A stretch of 64,000 nt of DNA from Candidatus Sericytochromatia bacterium (GCA_035285125.1 JAYKHR010000060.1:9293-73292), one strand, 5' to 3'; shown: positions 9,301 through 18,756, counted from the stretch's first letter. Program-made: numbers and translations. The notes: generated from the letters alone by a model not told the origin.

Positions 9301-11642
9301 GGCGCATGGCCGAAGTGACCCTCCAGCGGCGGATCGAGGCCGAAGATGACTACGGGCAGCTGTTCGCGGGCCTCGCCGTGGTCGAGGCCGCCCTGGAGCT
9401 GGGCCTCGATGCGGAGGCCGAGGGCATGGCGCTCGAGTTGCTCGCCACGCAGGCCCACAGCGGCCTCACCGAGTTCTCGCTCCCCCTGGCGTGGGGCACG
9501 GGTCGCCTGGCGGCCCGCCGGCAGCAGCTCGAGGTGGCGCGCGTGAAGCTCGAGGAGGCGCTCGCGCGCGCCTCCCAGCGGGGGGCTGCCTGGTGGGTGG
9601 CCCAGCTTTGCCTGTCGCTGGGGGAGCTTCGGCTGGAGGCCGGCGACGCCGACGAGGCCCGACCGTGGCTGGCGCGCGCCGAGGAGGCCGCCCGCGCGTG
9701 TGAAGCCCGGGCACTCCTGCTGCAGGCGCTGTTCTTCATGGCCCGGCTCGAGAGGCTGGGCGGGCAGGCCATGGAGGCGGACAGGCTGTTGCAGCACGCG
9801 CAGGAGCTGGCGACGCCTCTCGGGATGCGCCTCTGGCAAGCCCGCATCGCCCACGAGCGTTCGCTGGCGCAGTTCCCGAGCCCGCGGGCGGGACGCTGGG
9901 TGCGCGAGGCGCGGGGTTTGCTCCAGCCGCTCGTGGACGAGCTGGAGCCTGCGCTGCGTCCGGCCTTCCTCGCGCTGGACGGGCGCGCCGCGATGCTGGG
10001 CGGCGGCTTCCAGGACGAGCCCGGCGGTGGGCCCGGCCCTGAGGCCCGGCCGGCTGGGCCCGGCGCCATCGAGCTGGAGGGGCCGCAGCCCGCGGCCGTT
10101 TCGCAGCTTCGGACCGAGCTGGACCGGCAGCGGCGCTGGTTCGGCGAGCTGCAGCGAACGGCCGAGCGCCTGCAAACGCAGCTGGACTTCGCGCAGGCCT
10201 TGCAGGCCCTGGACGGCGAGGAGGCCATCATCCAGGCCGCGCTGGAGCTCGTGCTGGACGTTGTGGGAGCTTCTCGCGCGGACTTCCTGGCCTTCGAGGG
10301 GCTCCGTCTCGTGGCGCGCGCCAGCCGCGTCTCGCCGCACCTGCCGCCCGTCGACGAGGACTGGACCTTCCACGCCGAGCGCGTCGTCGAGGCCTCACAC
10401 GCGGGCACTGTCTGGTACGCCCCGGTCCACGAGGACCCCGTGGTCGGGCGCCGGGCGGTGCTGGCGCTGCCGCTGGGGGATGCCCGGGAACGCTGGGGGC
10501 TGGTGCTCGCCCTGGGCCACCCCGACGCCGCGCCCCCGCTCGAGCCCGGGGACCTCGACTCGTTGCGGCTGCTGGCTGGGACCCTGCTCGCGGCGCTGCG
10601 CCGCAGCCGGCTCGAGGCCGAGTGGCGGGCCAAGACCCACCGGTTGGAGATGCTGTATCGGCTGGCCTCCAAGGTGACCTCGACGCTGGTGATGGAGGAG
10701 GTGCTCGACCTCGTGCTCCAGCTCTCGCTGGAGGTGACGCAGGCCGAACGGGGCTGCGTCTTCCTCGTGGATGAGGCGGGCGCCCTGCGCGGGGAGGCGG
10801 CGGCCACGCGCGACGCCGAGGGTGCCGCCGGCCTGACGAACGGTTCCTTCAGCCAGAGCATCCTGCGACGGGTGCACGAGGGCGGCGAGGCCCTGTGGGT
10901 CGAGGACACCCAGGATGACGCCGAGTTCCGGCACCAGCAGAGCATCCAGGACCTCAACCTGCGCAGCGTGCTCGCCGTGCCCCTCGCCATCCACCAGCGG
11001 GTCATCGGCGTGCTGTACGTCGACAGCCGCGTCGTGGTCAGGGCGTTCACCGCGCTGGAGCTCGACACGCTGCGGGCGATCGCGAGCCACGCCGCCGTCG
11101 CCCTCGAGAACGCTCGCCTCTACGAGCTGGCCACGGTCGATCGCCTCACGCGGCTCTACTTCCGATCGCACTTCGAGCGGCGCCTGCGCGAGGAGCTGCG
11201 GCGCCTTGACCGGGCAGAGGGCACCCTCGCGCTGCTGATGATGGACATCGACCACTTCAAGCGCTTCAACGACACCTACGGCCACGCCGTCGGCGATCAG
11301 GTGCTGGCCCACGTGGCCGGCCTCATCCGGGCCAACGTGCGCCAGGACATCGATGTTCCTTGCCGGTACGGTGGCGAGGAGATGGTCGTGCTGCTGCCGG
11401 ACACCGACGCCAACGGCGCCGCGGTGTTCGCGGAGCGCGTGCGCCGGGCCATCGACGAGACGCCACTCGGCTCGGACGCCCACGGCCCGCTCCACGTGAC
11501 GATCTCGATCGGCACCGCCACCGCGCCGGCGGACGCCCGGGACGGCCTGTCGCTGATGGAGCTGGCGGACCGCGCACTTTACGCCAGCAAGCGCGGGGGG
11601 CGCAACCGCGTCACGGCCTGGGTGGAGGGCACCGGGGCGTGA
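6312..11642 (+). CDS. Multidomain diguanylate cyclase: Hanks-type Ser/Thr kinase, AAA ATPase, TPR-like helices, two GAF-like regions, GGDEF
   Basis: LGEGGMGQVW, VALK, HGDVSRRNV, DLG and GTPDYMAPE (kinase); GQPGVGKS Walker A and LLDDWH Walker B; GVLYVDSR (GAF); DIDHFKRFNDTYGHAVGD and RYGGEEM (GGDEF). ATG at 6312 follows GGAG; the ORF opens at 6300. Confidence 0.92.
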   Translation: MTDSLTPRFDLQTLLGEGGMGQVWRAIDRVTGHIVALKRSAAREAEADALRGEFWWLRRLQGEHLVQAHDFGLDADGWPWYSMELLDGGAAEALPLPPEEALDLARHACRALRRLHAEGLVHGDVSRRNVRRGADGAWRLMDLGLLSPVGQRGAVRGTPDYMAPEVIQGAPLDGRADLYALGAVLHHLLTGVPPFQVGTTAALLRAHLEDPPPRPSARRPGLPPLWDRLLPRLLAKAPGQRPASVAEVLAELGDPVEPGPAPLLTAPFVGREGELAWFDDALGGLSLGRTGAAWRLEGQPGVGKSRLLDVFAARAQLAATRVLRAGCRGAGAPYHPFVGLLHQAWPWLEAEEPRLLEGHAAALSLLVPELVQAPSRHALEPRAAQLRAVTALVELLVALVQRGGLVVLLDDWHLADGPSREVLAALLRHVQGEAMLLVVATDADGAEAVLPGLPGLRLQPLGRREVARLAGAVFGGAHVPGPFVEQLAELSGGVPQRVDALLTHWAAAGVIPQVEGRWVLDVLPSEVVAGVQAATLDGRLASLGDAERTLLARLAVARAPVAPATLAGLTADLPDAARFEALATLERARLVGRLEAGFAVVQRHLTEAWLASLPPQARLHAHRRWAEALVELHPKLPALAREQALRPEFSSLDGGALSGEVLVELAGHLVALGGEADAAERVPVVLAAARHLAGLYDLAAAAELAGHALAWLRQGDAGASWPVVGLPVWRCAAAVLLADVARFQGELAVAGRTYEEALATPEAVEALPLRVRGLIGLALVAQSEGQHVRALGHLREALPLARGLAEAREELRCLAAMGRLHYQLGERTRAALVYEEALARAEAVDDAVYMGESLAFLGYLDVSEEASEAGPPPTERGVARLREAIDLQGLVGDPLGLNDSHMLLGNALYHLGDLPGAAHAFGRNRTLCRELGFFEEATACLNLALVALARGELAEAFDLAHVAQGMARERADAFIEDLALALEARVWVALGSPGRGWRMAEVTLQRRIEAEDDYGQLFAGLAVVEAALELGLDAEAEGMALELLATQAHSGLTEFSLPLAWGTGRLAARRQQLEVARVKLEEALARASQRGAAWWVAQLCLSLGELRLEAGDADEARPWLARAEEAARACEARALLLQALFFMARLERLGGQAMEADRLLQHAQELATPLGMRLWQARIAHERSLAQFPSPRAGRWVREARGLLQPLVDELEPALRPAFLALDGRAAMLGGGFQDEPGGGPGPEARPAGPGAIELEGPQPAAVSQLRTELDRQRRWFGELQRTAERLQTQLDFAQALQALDGEEAIIQAALELVLDVVGASRADFLAFEGLRLVARASRVSPHLPPVDEDWTFHAERVVEASHAGTVWYAPVHEDPVVGRRAVLALPLGDARERWGLVLALGHPDAAPPLEPGDLDSLRLLAGTLLAALRRSRLEAEWRAKTHRLEMLYRLASKVTSTLVMEEVLDLVLQLSLEVTQAERGCVFLVDEAGALRGEAAATRDAEGAAGLTNGSFSQSILRRVHEGGEALWVEDTQDDAEFRHQQSIQDLNLRSVLAVPLAIHQRVIGVLYVDSRVVVRAFTALELDTLRAIASHAAVALENARLYELATVDRLTRLYFRSHFERRLREELRRLDRAEGTLALLMMDIDHFKRFNDTYGHAVGDQVLAHVAGLIRANVRQDIDVPCRYGGEEMVVLLPDTDANGAAVFAERVRRAIDETPLGSDAHGPLHVTISIGTATAPADARDGLSLMELADRALYASKRGGRNRVTAWVEGTGA

Positions 11643-11645
11643 GGC

Positions 11646-12884
11646 TTGCCGCGGGAGGTCCGCATGCTGGCTGAGCACCTGCGGCTGGCCCTGGCCCAGC
11701 TGGCGGCCCACAAACTGCGCTCGGCGCTCACGCTCTTGTCTATCACCATCGGCGCCGCCAGCATCGTCGCGATGACGTCGCTGGCCCAGTCGGGGCTCGC
11801 CACGCTCGTCCGGGGCGTGGAGGAGCTCGGGGGCACGCGGTTTGTCATGGTGATGTCCGAGCGCCCCCGGCTCGCCTGGCGCAAGCAGGACCACTGGGTG
11901 CGGGGCCTCACGGTGGGGGACCGGGACGCCATTCGGGCTGCCCTGCCCGACGCGACCTCGCTGCTGGCCACGACCCACTTCTACTCTGTGCCCGTGGCCG
12001 CAGCGGGCCGACCGGCAGCGGCCGTGAGCGTGCTGGCCACCGAGCCCGCCTACTTTGCGGCCTACAGGCTGCGCCTCGGCGCCGGCCGGGCGTTGACGGA
12101 GGCGGACATGGCCAGCCGGGCCCGTGTGGTGGTGCTGGGTGACGGGCTGCGGGCCAGGCTGTTCCCCGAGGGGGGGGCGATCGGGCAGGAGGTCCACGTG
12201 CGGGGCCAGCGGCTGCGCGTCGTGGGCGTACTCGCGCCGAACCAGAAGGGCGACTCGATCAACCTCGGCTACGACTGGGAGAAGGTGGCCGTGATGCCCC
12301 TGACGGCCCCCGGGGTCGGGAGCCGGCTCGAGCGCATCAGCCTGTGCGTACGCCGCACCGAGGACGGGGAGCGCACGGTGCGCGTCATCAACAGCGTGCT
12401 GCTCCACCGCCACCACGGCGTGGACGACTTCCAGATTTTCGACTTCGGGGGCCTCCTGAAGAATTTCTACCTGGCCTTCACGGCCATGAAGCTGCTCGTC
12501 GCCGCCATCGCCTCCATCGCCCTGCTCGTCGGGGGCATCGGGATCATGAACATCATGCTGGTGGCCGTGCGGGAGCGGCGGCGGGAGATCGGCCTGCGGC
12601 TCGCCATCGGCGCCTCTCGCCGCCACGTGCGCGAGCAGTTCCTGGTGGAGGCCGTGCTGCTGACCTCGCTCGGCGCGGGGGCTGGCGTGGTGCTGGGCGT
12701 GGGCGTGGCGCTCGGGGGCTCGTACGCGATCCACGCGGCGAACCCGGCCTGGATCACGATCATCTCGCCAGGGGCGGCCCTGCTGGCCCTGGTTGCTTCG
12801 CTTGCGATCGGGGTGGCCTTCGGCTGGTACCCGGCGGCCCGCGCGGCGGCGGAGGATCCCATCCGCTGCCTGCGGCAGGACTGA
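11646..12884 (+). CDS. MacB/FtsX-family ABC transporter permease
   Basis: KLRSALTLLSITIG, VGGIGIMNIMLVAVRERRREIGLRLAIGA, FGWYPAARAA. Start may be the ATG at 11664. Confidence 0.92.
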   Translation: MPREVRMLAEHLRLALAQLAAHKLRSALTLLSITIGAASIVAMTSLAQSGLATLVRGVEELGGTRFVMVMSERPRLAWRKQDHWVRGLTVGDRDAIRAALPDATSLLATTHFYSVPVAAAGRPAAAVSVLATEPAYFAAYRLRLGAGRALTEADMASRARVVVLGDGLRARLFPEGGAIGQEVHVRGQRLRVVGVLAPNQKGDSINLGYDWEKVAVMPLTAPGVGSRLERISLCVRRTEDGERTVRVINSVLLHRHHGVDDFQIFDFGGLLKNFYLAFTAMKLLVAAIASIALLVGGIGIMNIMLVAVRERRREIGLRLAIGASRRHVREQFLVEAVLLTSLGAGAGVVLGVGVALGGSYAIHAANPAWITIISPGAALLALVASLAIGVAFGWYPAARAAAEDPIRCLRQD

Positions 12885-12893
12885 GGTGCCGCC

Positions 12894-14126
12894 GTGCCGC
12901 TGATCGAGCTGTGGTGGACCATCTGGCGGACCCTGCGGGCCAACGGCCTGCGGGCCATGCTGACGTTGCTCGGCGTGACGACAGGTGTCGGCACCCTGGT
13001 GCTGCTGGCCTCCGTTGTCGGCGGGGGCCTGGCGGCGATCGGCCGCACGGTCCAGGAGGCGAACGGCAGCGACGTCATCCGCGCCAAGGTGGAGCCGTGG
13101 ACCGAGCGGGGCGAGGCGGCCGACCCGCTCACCACCGCCGACATGCGGGCCGTGGCGGGGGCCCGTGGCCTGGAGGGCGCGACGGTGCTGCCCCAGCGGC
13201 TCGCTCGCGGCGAGGTGACGGTCGCCAAGGTGCCCGTGCGCGTCTGGTGCGTGGGCACGATCCCGACGGCCCCCCAGGTGTACCAGCTGGAGCTGGCGGC
13301 CGGGCGGTTCCTGACGGCCCACGACCTGGCCGCGCGGGCGCGCGTGGCCGTGGTGGGCCCTGACCTCGCTGAGACCCTGGCCCGCGAGCGCGCCGGGGCG
13401 AGCGTCGTCGGGGCAGAGCTCCGGCTGTGGGGCGAGCGGCTGCAGGTGGTCGGCGTGCTGAGGCGCAAGCCCGCCCTGCGCGTCGACAACCTCAGCTGGA
13501 ACCAGGCCGTGGCCGTCCCGGAGACGACCTACGCGCTGCTCCGAGGGGGCGCCGAGGTCGAGACGATACTGATCAAGGCGAACGCCTTGGAGCGGCTCGC
13601 GACCACCTTGCCGCTGATGTCCCACACCGTCGAGGCCGTGCTTCAATGGCGCTCCCACGGCCCCGACACGCTGCGCGTGCGGGATGCCTCCCCGGGCACC
13701 AGCGGGGAGCGCACCTTCCTGGCGGCCCTGGAGTACCTGCTCGTCGGCGTGGCCGCCATCTGCCTCGTCTCGGGCGGCATCAACCTGATGAACATCATGC
13801 TGGTCACGGTGGCCGAGCGGACCCGGGAGATCGGCCTGCGGCTGGCGCTGGGGGCGCGTCGGCGGGACATCCGCCGCCAGTTCCTCGGGGAGGCCGTCGT
13901 GCTGGCCGCCGCCGGTGGGGTGGCAGGCATCTCGCTCGGGCTGCTCGCGAGCTGGGGCGTCAGCTGGCTGCTGACGCGGGCGCTCGGGCACTGGCCCTGG
14001 GTGGTGGAGCCGGGCGTCCTCGGCCTGGCCTTCGGCTCCGCCCTGCTCGTCGGCGTCACCTTCGGCTGGTACCCGGCAGAGCGCGCCGCTGCGCTGCCCC
14101 CGGTGGAGTGCCTGCGCCAGGAGTGA
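12894..14126 (+). CDS. MacB/FtsX-family ABC transporter permease (second copy)
   Basis: LRAMLTLLGV, SGGINLMNIMLVTVAERTREIGLRLALGA, FGWYPAERAA. Confidence 0.92.
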   Translation: MPLIELWWTIWRTLRANGLRAMLTLLGVTTGVGTLVLLASVVGGGLAAIGRTVQEANGSDVIRAKVEPWTERGEAADPLTTADMRAVAGARGLEGATVLPQRLARGEVTVAKVPVRVWCVGTIPTAPQVYQLELAAGRFLTAHDLAARARVAVVGPDLAETLARERAGASVVGAELRLWGERLQVVGVLRRKPALRVDNLSWNQAVAVPETTYALLRGGAEVETILIKANALERLATTLPLMSHTVEAVLQWRSHGPDTLRVRDASPGTSGERTFLAALEYLLVGVAAICLVSGGINLMNIMLVTVAERTREIGLRLALGARRRDIRRQFLGEAVVLAAAGGVAGISLGLLASWGVSWLLTRALGHWPWVVEPGVLGLAFGSALLVGVTFGWYPAERAAALPPVECLRQE

Positions 14127-14132
14127 TGGCTG

Positions 14133-15509
14133 TCAGGCCTCGGGCGCTGCCCGTGAGGCCAGGGCCCCGGCTGCGACCATGAACACAGGCGTCCAGTAGC
14201 AGTGGTAGCGGCTCTGGACCTCCAGGAGGCTGTGCACGCCGACGAGGAGCAGCAGGCCGACCCAGAGCGGCCAGACGCCCAAGGGCCACCGTCGCTGCCG
14301 CCACAGGGCCCAGGCCGCCAGCGCCGTCAGGGCCGCGTAGAAGGCCTGGGAGATCAGCGCGAGCATCGCCCGCACGCCCGGGTCCGCGTCGGGGCGGAAG
14401 CCGTAGGCCCAGTAGGTGCCGAAGTCCTCCGCGCCCCACATGATCACGAACTTGCGGCCCATCAGGGCCAGCGTCGCCGGCGGATCCGCCAGCAGGCGGC
14501 GCCGGCCCTCCTCGGCCGCCCAGGCGTCGATGGCGCGTCGGTCCTGCAGCCTGTCCGCCACGGCGGCGTCGTCCACGTTCCACATGCCGTTGTGGCGCTG
14601 GTTCATGCCAACCAGCAGGCTCCAGCTGCCGTAGGCGGAGGTCGAGAGCGACCAGCGCCCCAGGTGCGCATGGTTGAAGGCCAGGACGGGGCTCAGCAGC
14701 GTGAGCAGGGCCCCGGTGTACACCAGCACCCGCATCGCCCCGGCCCGGGCGCCAGGCGCGCTGCGCGCCAGGAAGGCCCAGGCGGCCGGCACCAGGGCCA
14801 GGGTCGTGGGGCGGACGTACTGGGCCGCCGCCGTCAGCGCGCCTGCCAGGCAGGCCCAGGCGGCGCCTACCGCGAGGCCGGGCCCGACGCGAATCAGGGC
14901 GGCCATCATGGCGAGGAAGGCCGTCGTGTAGGGCACCTCCGTCCCGAGCACCGGCGTCGACAGCACGTTGGCGGGCCAGAGGGCGTAGGCCCAGGCCGCG
15001 GCCGTGGCCCCGCGTCGGCCCACCAGGGGCGTCGCGAGGGCATACAGCGCCAGCACGCCCAGGGTGCCGGTGGCGACGCCCAGGCCCTCGCCCGCGCTGG
15101 TCGAGACGCCGAAGGCCGCGTAGGTTGCCGCCAGGGCCAGGGGGTAGCCCGTCGGGCGGCCCTCCTGGAGCCAGGGGGCGCCGTTCAGCAGGCCGAGCGC
15201 CATGTCGTGGTAGTCCTTGAAGTCGGAAATCAGCGGCACGTCGAGGGCCCAGGTGGCCCCAAGCCTCAGGCAGAGGGCCGCGAGGACGGCGGGCCAGACG
15301 CCGGCCGCCAGCAAGCCGGCCAGACGCCCGGTCCGCCCGGCCACGGCGAGCAGCAGCGCGCCCCCCAGCCCGCCGACGATCCAGCCCGGGTCGGCGTTCC
15401 GATAGGCCTCGCCGGCCATCCAGACCGTCGCCAGGATGGCCGCCAGCGCGATTGCGGCGACCACCGCGAGCGTCAGCGCCCGCAACCCCTTGTCCAGCGC
15501 GGGCCCCAC
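14133..15509 (-). CDS. Polytopic membrane glycosyltransferase, GT-C fold (ArnT/GT39-like)
   Basis: Many TM helices; SDFKDYHDMA...GRPTGYPLALA, LGTEVPYT, YVRP and QSRYH fit the GT-C pattern. Confidence 0.7.
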   Translation of the reverse strand: MGPALDKGLRALTLAVVAAIALAAILATVWMAGEAYRNADPGWIVGGLGGALLLAVAGRTGRLAGLLAAGVWPAVLAALCLRLGATWALDVPLISDFKDYHDMALGLLNGAPWLQEGRPTGYPLALAATYAAFGVSTSAGEGLGVATGTLGVLALYALATPLVGRRGATAAAWAYALWPANVLSTPVLGTEVPYTTAFLAMMAALIRVGPGLAVGAAWACLAGALTAAAQYVRPTTLALVPAAWAFLARSAPGARAGAMRVLVYTGALLTLLSPVLAFNHAHLGRWSLSTSAYGSWSLLVGMNQRHNGMWNVDDAAVADRLQDRRAIDAWAAEEGRRRLLADPPATLALMGRKFVIMWGAEDFGTYWAYGFRPDADPGVRAMLALISQAFYAALTALAAWALWRQRRWPLGVWPLWVGLLLLVGVHSLLEVQSRYHCYWTPVFMVAAGALASRAAPEA

Positions 15510-15510
15510 G

Positions 15511-16683
15511 TCAGAACCTGTTCACGTTGCCGTCGGCCGCGGGTGGGTCCACCAGGACCTCCTCGCCCTCCGCCACGCCCGTTCGCAGCTCGACCACCTG
15601 GTCGTTGTGGACGCCGAGGCGCACCTCCCGCCGCATGGTGCGGCTCCCGCCGCCGGCTCGCTCCACCACGGCCACGCTGCCCGCGTCGTCCCGCTCGCGT
15701 CGCACGGCCTGGACGGGCAGCTGCAGCACGCCTTGCCGCGAGAGCACGGCGATGTCCACGTCGGCGCTCATGCCCGGCCGCAGGCCCGCCGTCTGCCGGC
15801 CCTCCAGCAGCACCTCCACGGGAAAGAGTTGGACGTCCCGCTCTCGCCCCTGCACGGCCGCTGGCGCGATCTGGTGGATGCGACCCTCGAACCGCTGCCC
15901 GGGCAGCGCGTCCACCCGGACGGTGGCGGGCAGGCCGACGCGCAGCCGGGCCACGTCGATCTGGTTCACCTCGGCCGCGACCAGGAGCCGGGAGAGGTCG
16001 GCGATCGTCAGCAGCGGCCGGCGGTCCGCGGTCTCGGCCACGCCTGGCGTGACCATCTCGCCGACCTCGATCGCGCGGTGCACCACGGTGCCAGCGACGG
16101 GGGAACGCAGCACGGCGCGATCGATCTGCTCCCGGGCCGCGCGCTGGCTCAGTTCCGCCTTCCGCAGCTGCGCGCGCGCCTGGGCCTCCTCCGCGCTGAG
16201 CCGGGCCTCGAGCACCTCGAGCCTGTGCCGCGCCGCCTCGGCCTCGGCCGGTGCCTGGCGCCCCTGCGCCTCGCGCAGCTGCACCCGGGCCTCGACGAGC
16301 TCGGCCCGCCGGGCCCCGGAGAGCAGGCCGCTGAGCTGCGCCCGGGCAATGGCCACGTCGGCCTCGGCGAGGGCCTCTTGCCGGCGGAGGTCTGAGGCGT
16401 CGAGCTCGAGCAGCACCTGGCCCGCCCGGACCCGGTCCCCCGTGCGCACATGCAGCCTCAGCACCTGGCCGGCCACCTTGCTGCGCAGGTCCACCTTGGC
16501 GAAGGGCTGGATGCGGCCTGTCTCCTTTACAACGATCTCCAGCGGGCCGCGCGTCACCCTGACGAGGCCCTCTTGCGGGGGGGCGTCGGGCATCGGCTGC
16601 CAGCGCCGCCAGGCCTGGAAGGCCCCCAGCCCCAGGCTGGCCAGCAGCCCGACCACCAGGGTGTTACGGAGCAGTGGGGTCAC
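15511..16683 (-). CDS. Efflux periplasmic adaptor subunit (MacA-like)
   Basis: N-terminal anchor; VDLRSKVAGQV...GDRVRAGQVLLELD and LRSPVAGTV lipoyl halves; LRPGMSADVDI. Confidence 0.92.
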   Translation of the reverse strand: MTPLLRNTLVVGLLASLGLGAFQAWRRWQPMPDAPPQEGLVRVTRGPLEIVVKETGRIQPFAKVDLRSKVAGQVLRLHVRTGDRVRAGQVLLELDASDLRRQEALAEADVAIARAQLSGLLSGARRAELVEARVQLREAQGRQAPAEAEAARHRLEVLEARLSAEEAQARAQLRKAELSQRAAREQIDRAVLRSPVAGTVVHRAIEVGEMVTPGVAETADRRPLLTIADLSRLLVAAEVNQIDVARLRVGLPATVRVDALPGQRFEGRIHQIAPAAVQGRERDVQLFPVEVLLEGRQTAGLRPGMSADVDIAVLSRQGVLQLPVQAVRRERDDAGSVAVVERAGGGSRTMRREVRLGVHNDQVVELRTGVAEGEEVLVDPPAADGNVNRF

Positions 16684-18008
16684 GGACGGGCCTCCTCAGG
16701 GCGCCCGGGCTGCACGTCCAGCGTGCCCAGGGCGCGTTGCAGCGCCGCCACGGCGATGCGGTGGTCGATCTCGGCATCGAGCCGCTGGTGGCGGCGCTCG
16801 ATGAGGCCCGTTCGTGCCTCGTTCAGGTCGGAGAGCCGGGCCCGCCCTTGCCGGTAACGCCCCCGCTGCCAGTCCAGGTTGCGGCGGGCGAGATCCTCGC
16901 CCCGGCGCCCGAGCTCGATGCGGCGCACCGTGAGCGCCAGCCTGCGCCGCGTCGCGCGCACCTCGGCCTCGGCCGCCGCGAGGGTCGCGGCCAGGGCCTG
17001 CTCGCTCGCGGCCTGTTCGAGGCTGCGGCCCCGGATGTTGCGGGCGATCACCCCGTGGTCGAAGAGGTGGTACGAGAGGTTGAGCTGCGCGTTCCAGGTG
17101 CCCACGAGCCGGTCCAGGACCGTGCGGTTCTGGCTCGTGGCGAAGAACGGGTTGTTGCCGTGCTGGTAGAGGCTCGCGACCTCCAGCTGGGGCCAGCTGT
17201 CAGCAGCGGCCACGCCCACGCCGGCGCCGCGAATCGCCACCTCGGCACGAGCGAGGCGCACGTCCGGGCGTGCCTCCAGCGAGCCCTCTAAGGCGCCGCC
17301 AGGGTCCTTGCCCACCTCGCGCGCCGGCTCGTCCCTGAGCGCGACCCTGGACAGGTCCCGGCGGAGCAGGGTCGCGAGGCGCTCCCTGGCCTGGAGGGCA
17401 TCGCCCTCGAGGCGCAGCGCCTCGCCCTCGGCGGCCAGCGTCGACAGCTCCGCTTGCTCGACCTCCTGGGCGCTGGCCTGGCCTGCCCGCGCCACCTCCC
17501 GGGCGATCGCCCAGGCCTCGCGGGCCCTGCGGACCCCCTCGCGCTGGGTCTCCGACTTGAGCTCCGCGCGGCGCGTGGTCCAGTAGGCCTCCGTCACGGC
17601 GAAGATCACGTCCTGGTGAGCCTTGTCGAGGCGCGCCCGGGCGGCGAGGACGCCGGCCTCTGCCGCGTCGATCTGGCGGTCCAACCGGAACCCGGTGAAC
17701 AGAGGCCACCGGGCCATCACCTGGGCATTGGCGATGGGCACGCTGATGGGCTGGACGGGCCCAGCCGAGAGCAGCCCCGTCACGCCCGTCCAGTTGCCGA
17801 CGGACAGATCCGCCCCGTACTGGAGCTGCTCGGCGCGGGCGCCCTCCACGCCCACCACGTTCCGGGCGAGCTCGAGCTCTGCCTGGCGCAGGGTGGCGTC
17901 AGCGCCGAGCCCCTCCCGGATCGCCTCCGTCAGCGAGAGCCCCTGGGCCGCCCAGGCTGGCCCAGCGGCCAGCAGCAGCGCCAGCCAGGCGAGGCACCAG
18001 CGGCTCAC
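16680..18008 (-). CDS. tolC: TolC-family outer-membrane efflux protein
   Basis: Signal peptide; LSLTEAI, WPLFTGF, RPDVRLAR, HLFDHG, RYRQG; sits between an ABC ATPase and an adaptor gene. Confidence 0.88.
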   Translation of the reverse strand: MSRWCLAWLALLLAAGPAWAAQGLSLTEAIREGLGADATLRQAELELARNVVGVEGARAEQLQYGADLSVGNWTGVTGLLSAGPVQPISVPIANAQVMARWPLFTGFRLDRQIDAAEAGVLAARARLDKAHQDVIFAVTEAYWTTRRAELKSETQREGVRRAREAWAIAREVARAGQASAQEVEQAELSTLAAEGEALRLEGDALQARERLATLLRRDLSRVALRDEPAREVGKDPGGALEGSLEARPDVRLARAEVAIRGAGVGVAAADSWPQLEVASLYQHGNNPFFATSQNRTVLDRLVGTWNAQLNLSYHLFDHGVIARNIRGRSLEQAASEQALAATLAAAEAEVRATRRRLALTVRRIELGRRGEDLARRNLDWQRGRYRQGRARLSDLNEARTGLIERRHQRLDAEIDHRIAVAALQRALGTLDVQPGRPEEARP

Positions 18009-18715
18009 GAGGCGAGCTCCGGCGCGGGCTCGCGGGGCGTCCCGTTGCGCTCGTCGCTGCGGATGCGGCCGTCGCGGAAGCGCACGATGCGCTGGGCGCA
18101 GGCGGCCACCTCGGGCTCGTGGGTGACGAGCACGATGGTCATCCCAGCCTTGTTCAGGTCGCCGAACAGCGCGAGGATCTCCTCCGTCGTGCGCGAGTCG
18201 AGCGCCCCGGTGGGCTCGTCTGCGAGCAGCAGCCGGGGGCCGTTGACGATCGCCCGCGCGATCGACACCCGCTGCTGCTGGCCGCCGGACAGCTCGTTGG
18301 GCTTGTGGTCCAGCCGCTCGCCGAGGCCGACGCGCACGAGTGCGTCGCTCGCGCGCCGCCGTCGCTCGGCGGGCCGCACGCCGGCGTAGATCATCGGGAG
18401 CTCGACGTTGGCGAGGGCCGTGGTGCGGGGCAGCAGGTTGAACGACTGAAAGACGAAGCCGAGCTTGCGGTTTCGCACCTGCGCGAGGCCCTCGTCGTCG
18501 TGCTCGGTGACGGCCACGCCGTCGAGGGTGTACACGCCGGCGGTGGGGCGATCCAGGCAGCCCAGGATGTTCATCATCGTGGATTTGCCGGACCCCGAGG
18601 TGCCCATCACCGCCACGTACTCGCCCTCCGCAATGCGCAGGGACACGTCGTCGAGCGCCCGGATGGTGGTCTGGCCGGTCGTGTAGGTCTTCGAGATGTG
18701 GGCGAGGTCGATCAT
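18005..18715 (-). CDS. ABC transporter ATP-binding protein (MacB/LolD-like)
   Basis: GTSGSGKST Walker A, LSGGQQQRV signature, LLADEPTGALD, VTHE. Start placed at MIDL. Confidence 0.95.
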   Translation of the reverse strand: MIDLAHISKTYTTGQTTIRALDDVSLRIAEGEYVAVMGTSGSGKSTMMNILGCLDRPTAGVYTLDGVAVTEHDDEGLAQVRNRKLGFVFQSFNLLPRTTALANVELPMIYAGVRPAERRRRASDALVRVGLGERLDHKPNELSGGQQQRVSIARAIVNGPRLLLADEPTGALDSRTTEEILALFGDLNKAGMTIVLVTHEPEVAACAQRIVRFRDGRIRSDERNGTPREPAPELAS

Positions 18716-18756
18716 CACACGTCCGGCGAGGGGGCTGCTGCTATATACTACCCGGC

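Noticed and set aside
10395..13991. 1198-aa minus-strand ORF and many similar long antisense or off-frame ORFs (for example 1083-2735, 2498-4525, 5898-8210, 18748-21138, 55748-57685)
   Set aside because: They overlap well-supported genes, have no motifs, and are expected when stop codons are scarce in GC-rich DNA.
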